From positions 1 to 63,788 of the forward strand of contig NW_022985739.1 of assembly GCF_902459465.1 (NCBI RefSeq): a stretch of 63,788 nt of DNA, in the 5' to 3' direction. Position numbers and translations under genes: made by a program. How positions within the stretch are numbered: position 1 is the stretch's first letter; every line of letters begins with the position of its first letter. The DNA comes from Asterias rubens. Taxonomy: Eukaryota. The notes beneath the pieces were generated by a model. The model did not search any database. It saw only the letters and a program-made list of their open reading frames with translations, and was not told the DNA's origin. Of this stretch, positions 23,581 through 37,904 are shown piece by piece.

Positions 23581-26500
23581 CTCTGCCCGTGCAACGGCAG
23601 AGATATTGTCCTTGTGGTGGATATTCTTCTTATCTCTGCCCGTGCAACGGCAGAGATATTGTCCTTGTGGTGGATATTCTTCTTCTTCTTCTTCTTCTCC
23701 TTCTTCAGCTTGCATTTGCAAAACCGTGGCCACATATTGGGCTTGGGCTTAGGCTCCGTCAGTTATTTAGAAAACATGTGCTTTTCTAACGGGGCTTCAA
23801 ACAGGCAGACGAAGCCCAAGCCGAAGCCCAAGTGACATCCCAAGCTAAAGCCGCGGTTTCGTAAAAAACGGAACCAAAAATTCCAACCTCGTACCTAAAG
23901 CTTGTAAGCCGATCAGAATTGCAACGTAAAAATATAACGAGGTTGTTTTATTTACGTGATGAGTGAATCCTCTACGCTGCGCTGCGAGACGATCACCACC
24001 GAAGCTTTTCCCCACGTTATTGCAATGGGGGATTTTCCGGTCGCAGTGTGACCTGCACCGTGAACGTTAAAAACACTCTGCCGTGGTCTGGAGCTTATTC
24101 ACGGCATACGGGTTCGGTGAAAACCCGGAGAGCCAACGGATGTTAACCGTGCTAACCGTGTATGGTTGTTAGTTACATGAGCTTTAGTTTGAGTGAGGAA
24201 ACTTCGCAATCGTCACCGTTAATCCATAAGTCAATAGTCATTCAATAACGGAGCATTTTTATAGAAAAATTGTTTTAAATTAGCTTATTAGCTTTTACAA
24301 ATTATTCTTTTCACAGTGCATCTTAAGAAAAGGTTTTGAATGTTTTTGGAATTTATGTGAGATTCATTACCTTGCCAAATGTCTTTGCAATGAAATATGT
24401 TGTAAAACAACTGCATGATACTGTTGGTAACAGTACCAAACTTAAGTGTTTCTTAGTAAAAGTTGGACACTTGATATTAATAGTGTTATCACTTGTCCAT
24501 GTAATAATAGGCAGCTGACTTTTACCTAATCAAAAAGGCACGGTGGCCCAAAAGGACATCGCATAACTGTAAACTTGTCGGCATACGTATGCCGTGAAAA
24601 TATTTGGGAATATGTGCGCATGCTTACGTATGCGCTTGCGTATGGTGGGATTTCGTTAAGATATTCGCGAGTAACGTATGCGAATATGTTTGAGTTGTCG
24701 AAAATTTTATTATACTTTGTCGCATATGTTTAATTAAAATTTCTAATATATATCTGTGGATTTTTAGCATCCAGTCTGATCGCGACATCATACTTATTCG
24801 CGAATAATTTCTTGACACCGCATACGTATGCGCAAACATTTGCGAATAAATTTGTGACATCGCAAACGTATGCAATCAAAAAGGTACGGTGGCCCAAAAG
24901 CACATCGCATAACTGTAAACTTGTCGGCATACGTACATGTATGTCGTGAAAATATTTGGGAATATGTGCGCATGCTTACGTATGCGCTTGCGTATGGTCG
25001 GATTTCGTATTCGCGAGTAACGTATGCGAATATTGTTCTGTATCACCCCCAAAACACACACAATTTTCATTTCTCCAAGTGCAACATAAACCATGCAGAA
25101 TATTATGCTCCACCCCCCGCCGGGCAGAGATACCCGTATTTGCTCAAATACAGCTACCGTGCTTTCTAGTTATCTCTGCCCGTGCAACGGCAGAGATATT
25201 GTCCTTGTGGTGGATATTCTTCTTATCTCTGCCCGTGCAACGGCAGAGATATTGTCCTTGTGGTGGATATTCTTCTTCTTCTTCTTCTTCTTCTTCTTCT
25301 CCTTCTCCTTCTTCTTCAGCTTGCATTTGCAAAACCGTGGCCACATATTGGGCTTGGGCTTAGGCTCCGTCAGTTATTTAGAAAACATGTGCTTTTCTAA
25401 CGGGGCTTCAAACAGGCAGACGAAGCCCAAGCCGAAGCCCAAGTGACATCCCAAGCTAAAGCCGCGGTTTCGTAAAAAACGGAACCAAAAATTCCAACCT
25501 CGTACCTAAAGCTTGTAAGCCGATCAGAATTGCAACGTAAAAATATAACGAGGTTGTTTTATTTACGTGATGAGTGACTCCTCTACGCTGCGCTGCGAGA
25601 CGATCACCACCGAAGCTTTTCCCCACGTTATTGCAATGGGGGATTTTCCGGTCGCAGTGTGACCTGCACCGTGAACGTTAAAAACACTCTGCCGTGGTCT
25701 GGAGCTTATTCACGGCATACGGGTTCGGTGAAAACCCGGAGAGCCAACGGATGTTAACCGTGCTAACCGTGTATGGTTGTTAGTTACATGAGCTTTAGTT
25801 TGAGTGAGGAAACTTCGCAATCGTCACCGTTAATCCATAAGTCAATAGTCATTCAATAACGGAGCATTTTTATAGAAAAATTGTTTTAAATTAGCTTATT
25901 AGCTTTTACAAATTATTCTTTTCACAGTGCATCTTAAGAAAAGGTTTTGAATGTTTTTGGAATTTATGTGAGATTCATTACCTTGCCAAATGTCTTTGCA
26001 ATGAAATATGTTGTAACACAACTGCATGATACTGTTGGTAACAGTACCAAACTTAAGTGTTTCTTAGTAAAAGTTGGACACTTGATATTAATAGTGTTAT
26101 CACTTGTCCATGTAATAATAGGCAGCTGACTTTTACCTAATCAAAAAGGTACGGTGGCCCAAAAGGACATCGCATAACTGTAAACTTGTCGGCATACGTA
26201 TGCCGTGAAAATATTTGGGAATATGTGCGCATGCTTACGTATGCGCTTGCGTATGGTGGGATTTCGTTAAGATATTCGCGAGTAACGTATGCGAATATGT
26301 TTGAGTTGTCGAAAATTTTATTATACTTTGTCGCATATGTTTAATTAAAATTTCTAATATATATCTGTGGATTTTTAGCATCCAGTCTGATCGTGACATC
26401 ATACTTATTCGCGAATAATTTCTTGACACCGCATACGTATGCGCAAACATTTGCGAATAAATTTGTGACATCGCAAACGTATGCAATCAAAAAGGTACGG

Positions 26501-27928
26501 TGGCCCAAAAGCACATCGCATAACTGTAAACTTGTCGGCATACGTACATGTATGTCGTGAAAATATTTGGGAATATGTGCGCATGCTTACGTATGCGCTT
26601 GCGTATGGTCGGATTTCGTATTCGCGAGTAACGTATGCGAATATTGTTCTGTATCACCCCCAAAACACACACAATTTTCATTTCTCCAAGTGCAACATAA
26701 ACCATGCAGAATATTATGCTCCACCCCCCGCCGGGCAGAGATACCCGTATTTGCTCAAATACAGCTACCGTGCTTTCTAGTTCTTCTTCTTCTTCTCCTT
26801 CTTCTTCTTCTTCAGCTTGCATTTGCAAAACCGTGGCCACATATTGGGCTTGGGCTTAGGCTCCGTCAGTTATTTAGAAAACATGTGCTTTTCTAACGGG
26901 GCTTCAAACAGGCAGACGAAGCCCAAGCCGAAGCCCAAGTGACATCCCAAGCTAAAGCCGCGGTTTCGTAAAAAACGGAACCAAAAATTCCAACCTCGTA
27001 CCTAAAGCTTGTAAGCCGATCAGAATTGCAACGTAAAAATATAACGAGGTTGTTTTATTTACGTGATGAGTGAATCCTCTACGCTGCGCTGCGAGACGAT
27101 CACCACCGAAGCTTTTCCCCACGTTATTGCAATGGGGGATTTTCCGGTCGCAGTGTGACCTGCACCGTGAACGTTAAAAACACTCTGCCGTGGTCTGGAG
27201 CTTATTCACGGCATACGGGTTCGGTGAAAACCCTGAGAGCCAACGGATGTTAAGTGTGCTAACCGTGTATGGTTGTTAGTTACATGAGCTTTAGTTTGAG
27301 TGAGGAAACTTCGCAATCGTCACCGTTAATCCATAAGTCAATAGTCATTCAATAACGGAGCATTTTTATAGAAAAATTGTTTTAAATTAGCTTATTAGCT
27401 TTTACAAATTATTCTTTTCACAGTGCATCTTAAGAAAAGGTTTTGAATGTTTTTGGAATTTATGTGAGATTCATTACCTTGCCAAATGTCTTTGCAATGA
27501 AATATGTTGTAAAACAACTGCATGATACTGTTGGTAACAGTACCAAACTTAAGTGTTTCTTAGTAAAAGTTGGACACTTGATATTAATAGTGTTATCACT
27601 TGTCCATGTAATAATAGGCAGCTGACTTTTACCTAATCAAAAAGGTACGGTGACCCAAAAGGACATCGCATAACTGTAAACTTGTCGGCATACGTATGCC
27701 GTGAAAATATTTGGGAATATGTGCGCATGCTTACGTATGCGCTTGCGTATGGTGGGATTTCGTTAAGATATTCGCGAGTAACGTATGCGAATATGTTTGA
27801 GTTGTCGAAAATTTTATTATACTTTGTCGCATATGTTTAATTAAAATTTCTAATATATATCTGTGGATTTTTAGCATCCAGTCTGATCGCGACATCATAC
27901 TTATTCGCGAATAATTTCTTGACACCGC
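23578..27928 (+). mobile_element. Head-to-tail array of a ~1.6 kb non-autonomous Helentron/HINE-like element (2 full units plus 1 cut by the gap)
   Basis: Units 23578-25170, 25171-26781, 26782-gap. 5' TATCTCTGCCC with hairpin, (CTT)n, internal direct repeats, 3' inverted GGGCAGAGATA (25122, 26733), GTATTTG-ct-CAAATAC stem-loop, end CTAGT. Confidence 0.75.
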
Positions 27929-28428
27929 NNNNNNNNNNNNNNNNNNNNNNNNNNNNNNNNNNNNNNNNNNNNNNNNNNNNNNNNNNNNNNNNNNNNNNNN
28001 NNNNNNNNNNNNNNNNNNNNNNNNNNNNNNNNNNNNNNNNNNNNNNNNNNNNNNNNNNNNNNNNNNNNNNNNNNNNNNNNNNNNNNNNNNNNNNNNNNNN
28101 NNNNNNNNNNNNNNNNNNNNNNNNNNNNNNNNNNNNNNNNNNNNNNNNNNNNNNNNNNNNNNNNNNNNNNNNNNNNNNNNNNNNNNNNNNNNNNNNNNNN
28201 NNNNNNNNNNNNNNNNNNNNNNNNNNNNNNNNNNNNNNNNNNNNNNNNNNNNNNNNNNNNNNNNNNNNNNNNNNNNNNNNNNNNNNNNNNNNNNNNNNNN
28301 NNNNNNNNNNNNNNNNNNNNNNNNNNNNNNNNNNNNNNNNNNNNNNNNNNNNNNNNNNNNNNNNNNNNNNNNNNNNNNNNNNNNNNNNNNNNNNNNNNNN
28401 NNNNNNNNNNNNNNNNNNNNNNNNNNNN
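27929..28428. other. Assembly gap (500 N)
   Basis: Run of exactly 500 N; a round number suggests a scaffolding placeholder. Confidence 0.99.
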
Positions 28429-28453
28429 TAGTGCGGGTCACCTACACACCATG
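28429..28453 (-). CDS. First 25 bp of the VWD-start exon (right copy), cut off by the assembly gap
   Basis: Same acceptor and sequence as 11024-11048 (AWCVGDPH) and runs directly into the N run. Confidence 0.75.
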
Positions 28454-31400
28454 CTGGAAAGCAGAAAAAAAAAAATCAAAAAGTAAAAGATGCAAACATT
28501 TTTTTTAAATGAGGCAACCCTAATTATAAAAAGAAAATGGCACTCCCAGTTCAATAATGTAAATTTTGGGTTGCATAATTTGGCAGACATTGCTGACAAT
28601 CTAGTGTACATTTATGAGGTTTAAGTTTTTTTCAGTTCCAAAATTGATTTAGATGTATACCGATTTTAGTTATGTTTCACTGCTAAGCTGCATACATGTA
28701 CAGTATGAGCTTGTGTGAAACGACACTCGGCATGATTACCAGGGTCCGGGGCGATGCATGCACAAACCATGAATTTTCTTTTCTCCGTGCACAAACTACA
28801 CGTCATCAGCCCAGTGGAGAAAAGTTATCCATCGAAATGATGTCAGCGGCACAAATTGAAAACTAGTTATATTGCATTTAGGGGGACATGTCCCCCCAAC
28901 TTTGGAGGGTTTGTCCCCCATGTTTTTGACAAGCTCAACTACACTGTGTCCCGCTATGGGCATCAATCCTGGGAGAAACATATGGCACCACTTTCTATAG
29001 GGTGGGGCACACTTTATCAAATATCCCCCTATACAAAATTGGCCCAAGATTGCACCACAGAGCATCTACCCCACGCCGTAAAGCTTAACACCCGAATGCT
29101 GTACACTTTACCGATTCGTGGCATCATCCTGAAATTTAATTTGAATTAAATGACGACACTCAGCTATACATCACATATAAATCTTCTCAAGAAAACGCCA
29201 ATGCATCTATTGCAAGCATTCAAGAGATTCGACGTTGGACACAACAAAACTTCCTGAAGTTAAATGATGATAAGACAGAGTTCCTTCTATTTGGGTCACG
29301 TCAACAGTTAACAAAGGTTTCAGTGCCAGACATTTCCATCAGTGATGCTCGGATAGCTCCCTCGCTGAAATCTCGGAACTTAGGGATTATTTTGATTCAT
29401 CGATGACACTTCAGCCACACATCAACAACATTGTTCGTCTATCATCATATCACATCAGGAATATAGGTAAGATTCTCAAGTACTTGGACAAAAGTGCCAC
29501 TTAAAAGGTCATTCATGCATTTGTTACTTCTCGTCTTGACAACGGCAATGCTCTTAGCTCTACAGTCTTCCAAACAACCAGATTTACTGACTTCAACGGC
29601 TCCAAAAAAACTGCTGCCCGCATTGTGACACTGTCTAGAAAATCCTGTTCTATCACCCCCATTCTAAAACAACTACACTGGCTCCCTATCTCTCAACGAA
29701 TCATCTTCAAGCTGATGCTCATTGTCCACAAAGCTCTTAATGGCAAGGCTCCCCACTATATTTCTGAACTGCTTCAAGTTTACACTCCATCAAGGAATCT
29801 TCGATCAAATTCCATGCTTCTTCCCATTGAACCCAAGTCTCGACACACATTGGTGTATCAGTTGTCGAAAAACAACTTGCATCTCTAAATCCGACCAAAG
29901 CGTGCGGGCCAGATGAGCTACCACCTAGGCTGTTGAAAACTGTTGCACACAAACTTGCACCTTCTCTCCACCCAGGCTTTTGAAAACTGTTGCACACAAA
30001 CTTGCACCTTCTCTAACATTTTTGTTCCAACAATCAAACAACCTTGGCATTGTCCCCTCCCAATGGAAACAAACTCTTGTAACTGGTATCTACAAGAAGG
30101 GACCTAAATCACAACCATGCAACTATCGTCCAATTTCTCTTACCTGTATCTGCAGCAAGGTTATGGAACATATAATTCTCAGCCACGTCGCAAAACACAT
30201 AAACATGAACAACATCCTCATCGACTCTCAGCATGGTTTCGAGAACGCCTATCCACTGTTACGCAACTTATCACATCCACGCATGACTGGGCTTCTACAC
30301 ATACACATCGTGGCCAGACCGATGTCATACTACTTGATTTCAGCAAGGCGTTCGACAAAGTTCCACATCTACGATTTTCTGTCAAGCTTGATCACTATGG
30401 TATCAGAGGCTCTACACTAGATTGGATTCGTTCGTTTCTAGACAATCGGATCCAGGCTGTATCTGTGAATGGAACCCACTCATCATGGGGGAGGGTTTCA
30501 TCTGGAGTACCCCAAGGCTCAGTCCTAGGTCCGGCTTTGTTTCTACTATATATTAACGACATCTAAGACCAGGTCCAGTCAAAGATGAGATTATTTGCTG
30601 ATGATAGCATCCTCTACCGTGAAATAGAGCAACCAGAAGATCATTCAATTCTCCAGAAAGATCTCGAGGCACTTGCTGATTGGTCATCCACCTGGTTAAT
30701 GCATTTCAACATAAAGAAACTGTGCCATTCTGTCAATAACCAAGGGAAAACCCTCACAACACCAGAACATCATTTTTGGTGAAGCACTTGAAAGGGTGAG
30801 TCAGCATGATTACCTTGGAGTAGCTATCTCACACGATCTCCGCTGGGATGCCCACTGCCAGAAGATCAGACAGAAGGCCAACCGCACATTAGGACTGCTC
30901 CGTCGCACACTTTCACCATGACATCAAGGTGTCAAGGCAAAAGCCTACCAAACGCTCGTCCGCCCACAACTTGAGTATGCTGCCCAGGTATGGAACCCAT
31001 ACACCCTGGATGGAGTCAACCGCCTAGAGCAGGTTCAAAGAGCTGCAGCTTGCTTTGTCTTTGGTGATTACCGCAGAACAACATCGGTCACGCCCCTTAT
31101 TACTACCTTGGGCTGGGATCCACTTCATAACAGACGACTACTTTTCCAAACGACAATGTTCCATAAAATCCATCATGGACTTGTCAATATCCAGTTTCCA
31201 TCAATTATCCAACCAGCACATTACATTGGACGTCATGACCACCCATTGAAATATACAATTCCTGAAGCATCCATTGATCTATACAAGTTCTCCTTTATCC
31301 ACGCACCGTGAAGATTTGGAACCAGTTGCCCACAGCTGCTGTCCTGGCTACATCACCCACCGCCTTCCAGGAAGCCGCCCTGCCTGCCATTAAAGTGATG

Positions 31401-34116
31401 AGGCTACCGGTTGGTTCCAAGCTCCTCTAATTCTCCTAGTCAAGCTTTTTAACCTGCACCCACGTTTTTTGTTGGATTTTGTCAACTTCTTGTGATTTTG
31501 TCTGCACTTTGTCTATTTTCTTTCTTCACTTGCACCTTACAGCTGTGACGCCACGCTGCACCCATCCCAGTTAAGCCAAATTTGTGCTGCAAAGGGATCA
31601 CACTACTCAAGACTCAAGACAGCTCTTTTCTTCAGCTGCGCCCACATCTGGAACTCTCTACCACTTAATCTTCGATCTTGTCTTTGTACGACGAAATTCA
31701 AATCTCTTCTCAAAACTTATCTTATGTCACAGGTTTTCAAGGACTAATTTTTGTTGTGTCTGTTTGTCTTTGTTTTGTTTTTGGTTTTACTGCGCCTTGA
31801 ACACCCAGCAGGGTGAATATGTGCGCATTACAAGCCTTAATTGTTATTATTATTATTATTAATAAATTACCAATAGCAAAAACAAATGGTGCATCAAAAC
31901 TTGAAAAAGGCCTTAAATTCCAACTTCTGAAAGGTAGTCACATCATCCCTCAGAATCCCTAGATTGCACCAGAGAGCATCTATGACCTGAAATTTTCCCT
32001 GACCTCCACGCCGTAAATGTTTCGACTTCTGATGTGTCCCCCCCCCCCCCTTTCAAGACAGATTGACGCCCATGACTCAAATAATATGTAAGATACAATT
32101 ATTGTCTACATTATTTGGGGATTTGAAAAAAGTGCAAAAATTGTTATCTTCAATGGTTGATGGCAGGATTGTTTTGGTGAAAAAAAGTATATTGATCATC
32201 TGTGACACCAAAGTTTCTGGAGTAAAATCATCTTTAAATATTAAAATCAATCAACTGTTTTGTGGTTTTGTTTCCCAAGCAAGATTTTATGTGAAGAACT
32301 TGATTCATTATATTTTTATTCTTCCCACTTGACAAGTACTTGACTAAAAGCTGTGAATAATTGAAGGGATAATCAGATACAGCAAAGTATGGGGATTACA
32401 TTTTGAGGCTAGATTGACCTCATACAAACATGTATGTAATGTTCCCATAAATCTACAGGCTTATGTAACCTCATGCATAAGTCAAGTATAGGGTGGTGTT
32501 ACCTGTTTGTCAAATGCATGATCAACTTTGAAAAAGAGTATGAAGCTACAACTATGAAGACTGTGTGATTGAAATTGACACATACTTAGACACAGCTTTG
32601 TCATCTCACAACGTTTTGAATATATTCAATCTGACCCACACCTCATGTGCAAAATTAATGACACCTCATGTGCAAAATGTAGTTCAAAGATGTCATTATT
32701 GTACTAGAGTTTGTGGGAAATATGTACATTTTCATTTGCATAGCTTTTATTAACAGCATCAGCTTCACTCTTCATTTCTATCATGCATTGTCAAACGTAC
32801 CTAAGTATTCATTACTTCCTGTCCATGTACAATGTACATGTATGTCTTACAATATGTTTGTGTTCTTTGTTCTTTTTTTTTTATAATAGGCGGGAAAAAG
32901 TATTTGAAGTGTTTATACGCAGAATCAAATAAGTCACAGCCTCTGAAAACTGTTATATTGACAAAAAGGAGCTTTGGATACACCTGATCATCAGTTGGGC
33001 GTCCACACTGTGGTCCACAAACCCAACAAATTTGGTCAGCATGGCTTCTTTTCAATGTACAGGTGACCAGCATTACTGTACACTTGGCATAGCGTGCTTC
33101 TTTTGAAGTGGCACACCTGGCATCTTCTAAAGGTACAGGTGACACCACCATTAATGGGCAATGAAGCCCATATTCATTATTTGGCACACCGTGCATCTTT
33201 TCCTTTTGGGTACACTCACACCAACCGTTCTTCGGCACCAAGCCCAAATTATTTAATTAGCAAATGACAAACATCTGTGTGTACACCTGAACCATAATAA
33301 ATAGGCACACAGATGGGATGCAATGTGTCATGGCCGAGCGGTTAAGAGTACCGGATTCAAGCCCTGGTGTTTGATCAGCAGGGTGTGGGTTCCAATCCCG
33401 GTCGTCACACATATGCTATATAAAATTGGGGAGGTAGTGCTTTCTGCTCTACCGGCCAGGCTTCGGACTGAGGATACCCAAGCCTACATCCGTATGGACT
33501 GTAAAAGGGGTAACCCTGTTTCAGCCCTAGGAGTAGGTGGCAACCGCCTCTGGACAAAAATAATTGTAGCCCACACCTTGAAGTAGCCTTCAGGCCTTGT
33601 GTGTCTGGCGACTTGCATAGAAAAAAAATGAAACAATTATTGGAACTAGTCATATACCGACAATGAGGTTAACCCCTCAAACAATTAAGTTGTGCAATTC
33701 CACCTTGGCACATGTAATCAGAACTGGCCCCTGTGGTAACCTCAAAGTGCTATAACACATTTTATTGTTACAATATTAGATCTTAAAGGCAGTGGACACT
33801 ATTGGTAATACTCAAAGTAATTATTAGCATAAAACCTTACTTGGTAACCGTAATGAAGAGTATAAATGATTGTGAGAAACGGCTTCCTCTGAAGTAAAAC
33901 AGTTTTTGAGAAAGAAGCAACTTCTCACTAAAATATTTTACTTTGATTTTGAGACCTTAGAATTAGAATTTTAGGTCTCGAAATCAAGCATCTGAAAGCA
34001 CACAACTTGTGCAACAAGGGCGTTAATTCTTCCATTATTCTCTCGCAATGACTGGAAATGTTTATAAACAAAACTTCAACAACTTTCAGTAAAACACATT
34101 AAACAAATCTACTCAC

Positions 34117-34236
34117 CTAGAGTTGGTGGCATGTATGTGCTACAAGACTTCTTCGGTCGTTTAATTTCATACCTTTCACAAAACTGTTGACTATAAGATG
34201 CAACGCAGCAGTAGTACCTTGGCGAAACCTCTTTTT
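34117..34236 (-). CDS. Exon (right copy): AMOP C-terminal part (not in ORF track)
   Basis: tttgtttAG / GTgagt; 120 bp, phase 1 to 1; EKEVSPRYYCCVASYSQQFCERYEIKRPKKSCSTYMPPTL (P...CC....C..Y...RP...C..Y.PP). Confidence 0.9.
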   Translation of the reverse strand, partial: KKRFRQGTTAALHLIVNSFVKGMKLNDRRSLVAHTCHQL

Positions 34237-37200
34237 CTAAACAAAAATAAGCAAGAAAAACAAATTCATTAAGAGCAATTCAGTGACTAAAAATACTAGA
34301 AATACAAACCCTTCAAAAAGAGTATAACATTATGGTTTTTAATTTTCAATGTGTTAACTTGTGTTTGAGTGCTCTATCATTGAGTACATGTTCAAGTCCA
34401 TGTCCTCGGTAATGTCCTGCATCCAACTACTTGAACTGAATCCAAGTTGTAACTCTAGCGAGAAAGAAAACCAAATCTCGGTCATATGAAGTGATGACCA
34501 AAACTGGCAAAATGAACCAAAGAAATCGCAGAGATCTCTGCAGCACCAAGTGGATTACAGTCCAATCAACCCAATCATTGACACCAATGTATCAAAGAAG
34601 GAAACAACCATTAAAGCGAATATAGAACTATTACAAGACGCAGGACAACCAGAACCTTTGGTCACAACAAGTTTAGGACGCACAGTGAAACAACCCTCAC
34701 ATCTCATTGACTTTGTAACCTACTTAAAGATACAGACTTGAGAAAAGAACAAATGTCAGAAAGTAGATTTGAAAAGGCTATGTGAGACACATCATTATTT
34801 TGAAAACTGAACCCATGGAGCTACAATATTCTATTGAATGAAAAATATTTGAATTCAATCTTCTCTACAGAATCGTTTATTTCTTGATTGGAGGAAAGAT
34901 GTGATCTTGTCTAGCTACTAGGAGCAAGTTCGATCAACGACCATAGTTAACCATAGTTCGACTAACTCTGATCGAACCCGCATTAGTCAACGATAGTTAA
35001 ACCAGTCTAGTCGACTATTCGCGACCATCCACTCGAGGCTGGTCGAGCTTGGTCGCATCGTTGGTTACCAATAGCAATTTGTCATATCACAGTGTGCTGC
35101 AGGCAGAGAGGACCAGTTATTCTTAAAATAGCTGAAAAGAAGTGAGTATGGACTTTTTATGTGTTCAGGCATAGAGCTATGGTTCACGGTCATCTTTTTC
35201 TCACACGGTCGCTAGAAAACGACTAGAGTCAGTCGCACGCATATTTCAGCGTGCATGCGCTTCGTACGTCACGAACTAACCACTAGTCGACGATTGTACT
35301 CTGATCGAACTTGCTCTAGTTCCAGATTACCACAGTCTTCATATATGTTATTATTGTTACTTGCACACTGGTGGAGTTTATGACAATACGATTTGATTAG
35401 ATTATTAGATTATAGATTATAATTCTTTATTGTCCGCATAACATATACAGATAATTGTTTTCCATTGGCAATTGGAGACATTAAAAAATTATTATTATTA
35501 TTATTATAATAAACATGTTCATAAAACCGAACAATAAAATGTAAAGCACAATACAAAACCACGAAAAAATTGTTTATTGCTAAAATTACAGCGAATGATT
35601 GGAATAGATTACTGACAATACTTACAAGTTACTTTAAAATTATACAAAACATTTGTGGTACAGTTAAAAAATAAGTAATTACCGTTTGACTAAAGAATTA
35701 AAAAGATGAATTGAATTGGGAACAAAGGATTGTCGAAAACGAAGTGATTTTGTTTGTGGTGGATGGAGTCTAATACCAGAGCGATTAAAAACAAAGCAAT
35801 TAAAAAGTGGGTGGGTCGGGTCCTTCATTGCTGTACTTAACTTGGCAACCATTTTTGTTTCAAATTCTATATCCAAGGATGGCAAGATTAAACCTATGAT
35901 CCGCTGAGCATTTTTCTTTACCCTGTCAAATTTCTTCTTACTCTGCTGTGAAAGTAAACCGTATGTACATATTAAGTTAAAAGTTAAAACACTCTGTATC
36001 AAGGACTGATAAAATAAACGCAAGATAGATCGGTCTACATGAAATTTCTTCAGTTTTCTCAAAAAGTACAAACGTTGGTTAGCTTTACTGTATATCGTTT
36101 CAGTATTCCTATTCCAGTTCAGTTGATCATCCACTACAGTTCCAAGATACTTATATTCATTGACTCTTTCTACAATGCAGTTATTGATAGTGAGAGGGTC
36201 ATGTGTCTCAGCACCTCGTCGAAAATCAAAAATCATCTCCTTAGTTTTCTGTACATTTATTGAGAGATAGTGACGATTACACCAGTCAATAAAATTCATG
36301 ACCTCTGTTACATACTCGGTAGAGTCATTTTTCAAGTACCCAGTAATTACCGTGTCATCTGCATATTTAATGATGCTGCAATTTGAGCTGGAACATAAAC
36401 AGTCACTGGTATATAACAAAAATAACAAAGGAGAGATGACACATCCTTGAGGAACACCAGTATTGATATATTTTACATCAGAACAAACACCTCCTACTTT
36501 GACCCACTGTGGCCTATCTCTTAAAAATCCATGTATCCATCGCACAATTTGGGGTGAGATATTCATTTGTAATAATTTCTGCGCAAGGATATGAGGTTGT
36601 ATTGTGTTAAAAGCACTGGAGAAATCAATAAACAGAGACCTGACGTATGTTCGGGGTGAGTCCAGGTGATTGTAAAGTTTGTGAAGATAGACAAGCACTG
36701 CATCGTCAACTCCCCTACTTTGCCTGTATGCAAATTGAAGATTATCAAGAAATGAGCTAGCCTGGCTAGTGAGAAACCTTGTGATCAATCTTTCCAAGCA
36801 TTTCATGATATTGGATGTTAATGCAATCGGATGATAATCATTTAACACAGTAGCCTTCTTTTGCTTTGGCACTGGGACTATCATTGAAATTTTCCAATTT
36901 TTGGGGATAGAACCTTCATCTAATGTCATTTGAAAAATTGATGTGAGTACATTGGCAAGTTGATGGCTACATGACTTTAAAATTCTGTTACTAATACCAT
37001 CAGGTCCAACAGCTTTATTTAACTTCAGACCTGAGAAGACATTCCTAACATCAGCTTCATTAACGGTAACATTGTCAGTTAGTGAAACATTTGCTAATGT
37101 CTCTGCAGTAAAATCGCGAATATCAAATCAACAGTAAAAATTGTTCAGTTCATCTGTGAAGTCCTTGATAACCCAGATAATATTTCCATGTGAGTTATTT

Positions 37201-37904
37201 CTATTGTTGATAGTATTTACATTATAAACCACAAGGGAAACTGACTGGGTACATTTTATAAATGATTTTGGGTTGAACAAAGAAAAATTGACTAAGCGAG
37301 TGGGACTCGAACCAACGACCTCCAGATTAACTTGGCAGTTCCCTCTTTGTCAATATCTCTGTTGTCAATATCTTTGTTTGGGGTGCCAGTCAGAAACAAA
37401 TACAACCGTTAACTGCCGTGTATCAAACCCAAATTATGATACAACCTGGGAAGGGGCAGCCAGGGGATATACATGTAGTCAGAGGCAAATACTATTACAA
37501 GGTCAATCATTCAAAGTGGTATGAAAACCTTTAAATATATAACTGTAAGAAGGCTTACGTTTCAAAAGTCAACCTCTTTTCTTTTTTTATTGTTAAACAA
37601 TCTGCATGTTAACACAGAGACCATTGGTGATTGTCCTTGGAAGCCCGTATGTAACGTAAATGATGAGTTTAATACAATAATGAGGGTAATAACTTTATTA
37701 AATTTCCAGATCACATTATTAGATTGTGTTTAATACTACTGACACCAGATTTCAAAGAAAGGGAATACTATCTTCCTGCTTGAATTGTTGAAGCAATGCA
37801 TTCTTGCTGCCAGATTATCAAAATTAAGATACTTTGTCAATTTGTTTGAATAAATTGCATCAAATTGTCACAGTTTGTAATACGTGTAGAACATTTTTAC
37901 TTAC

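Noticed and set aside
23501-26896. ORFs with poly-E, poly-S, poly-L or poly-F tracts
   Set aside because: Translations of the (CTT)n microsatellite in the 1.6 kb repeat.
27731-28441. ORFs of 236 and 170 aa
   Set aside because: Made mostly of N gap positions.
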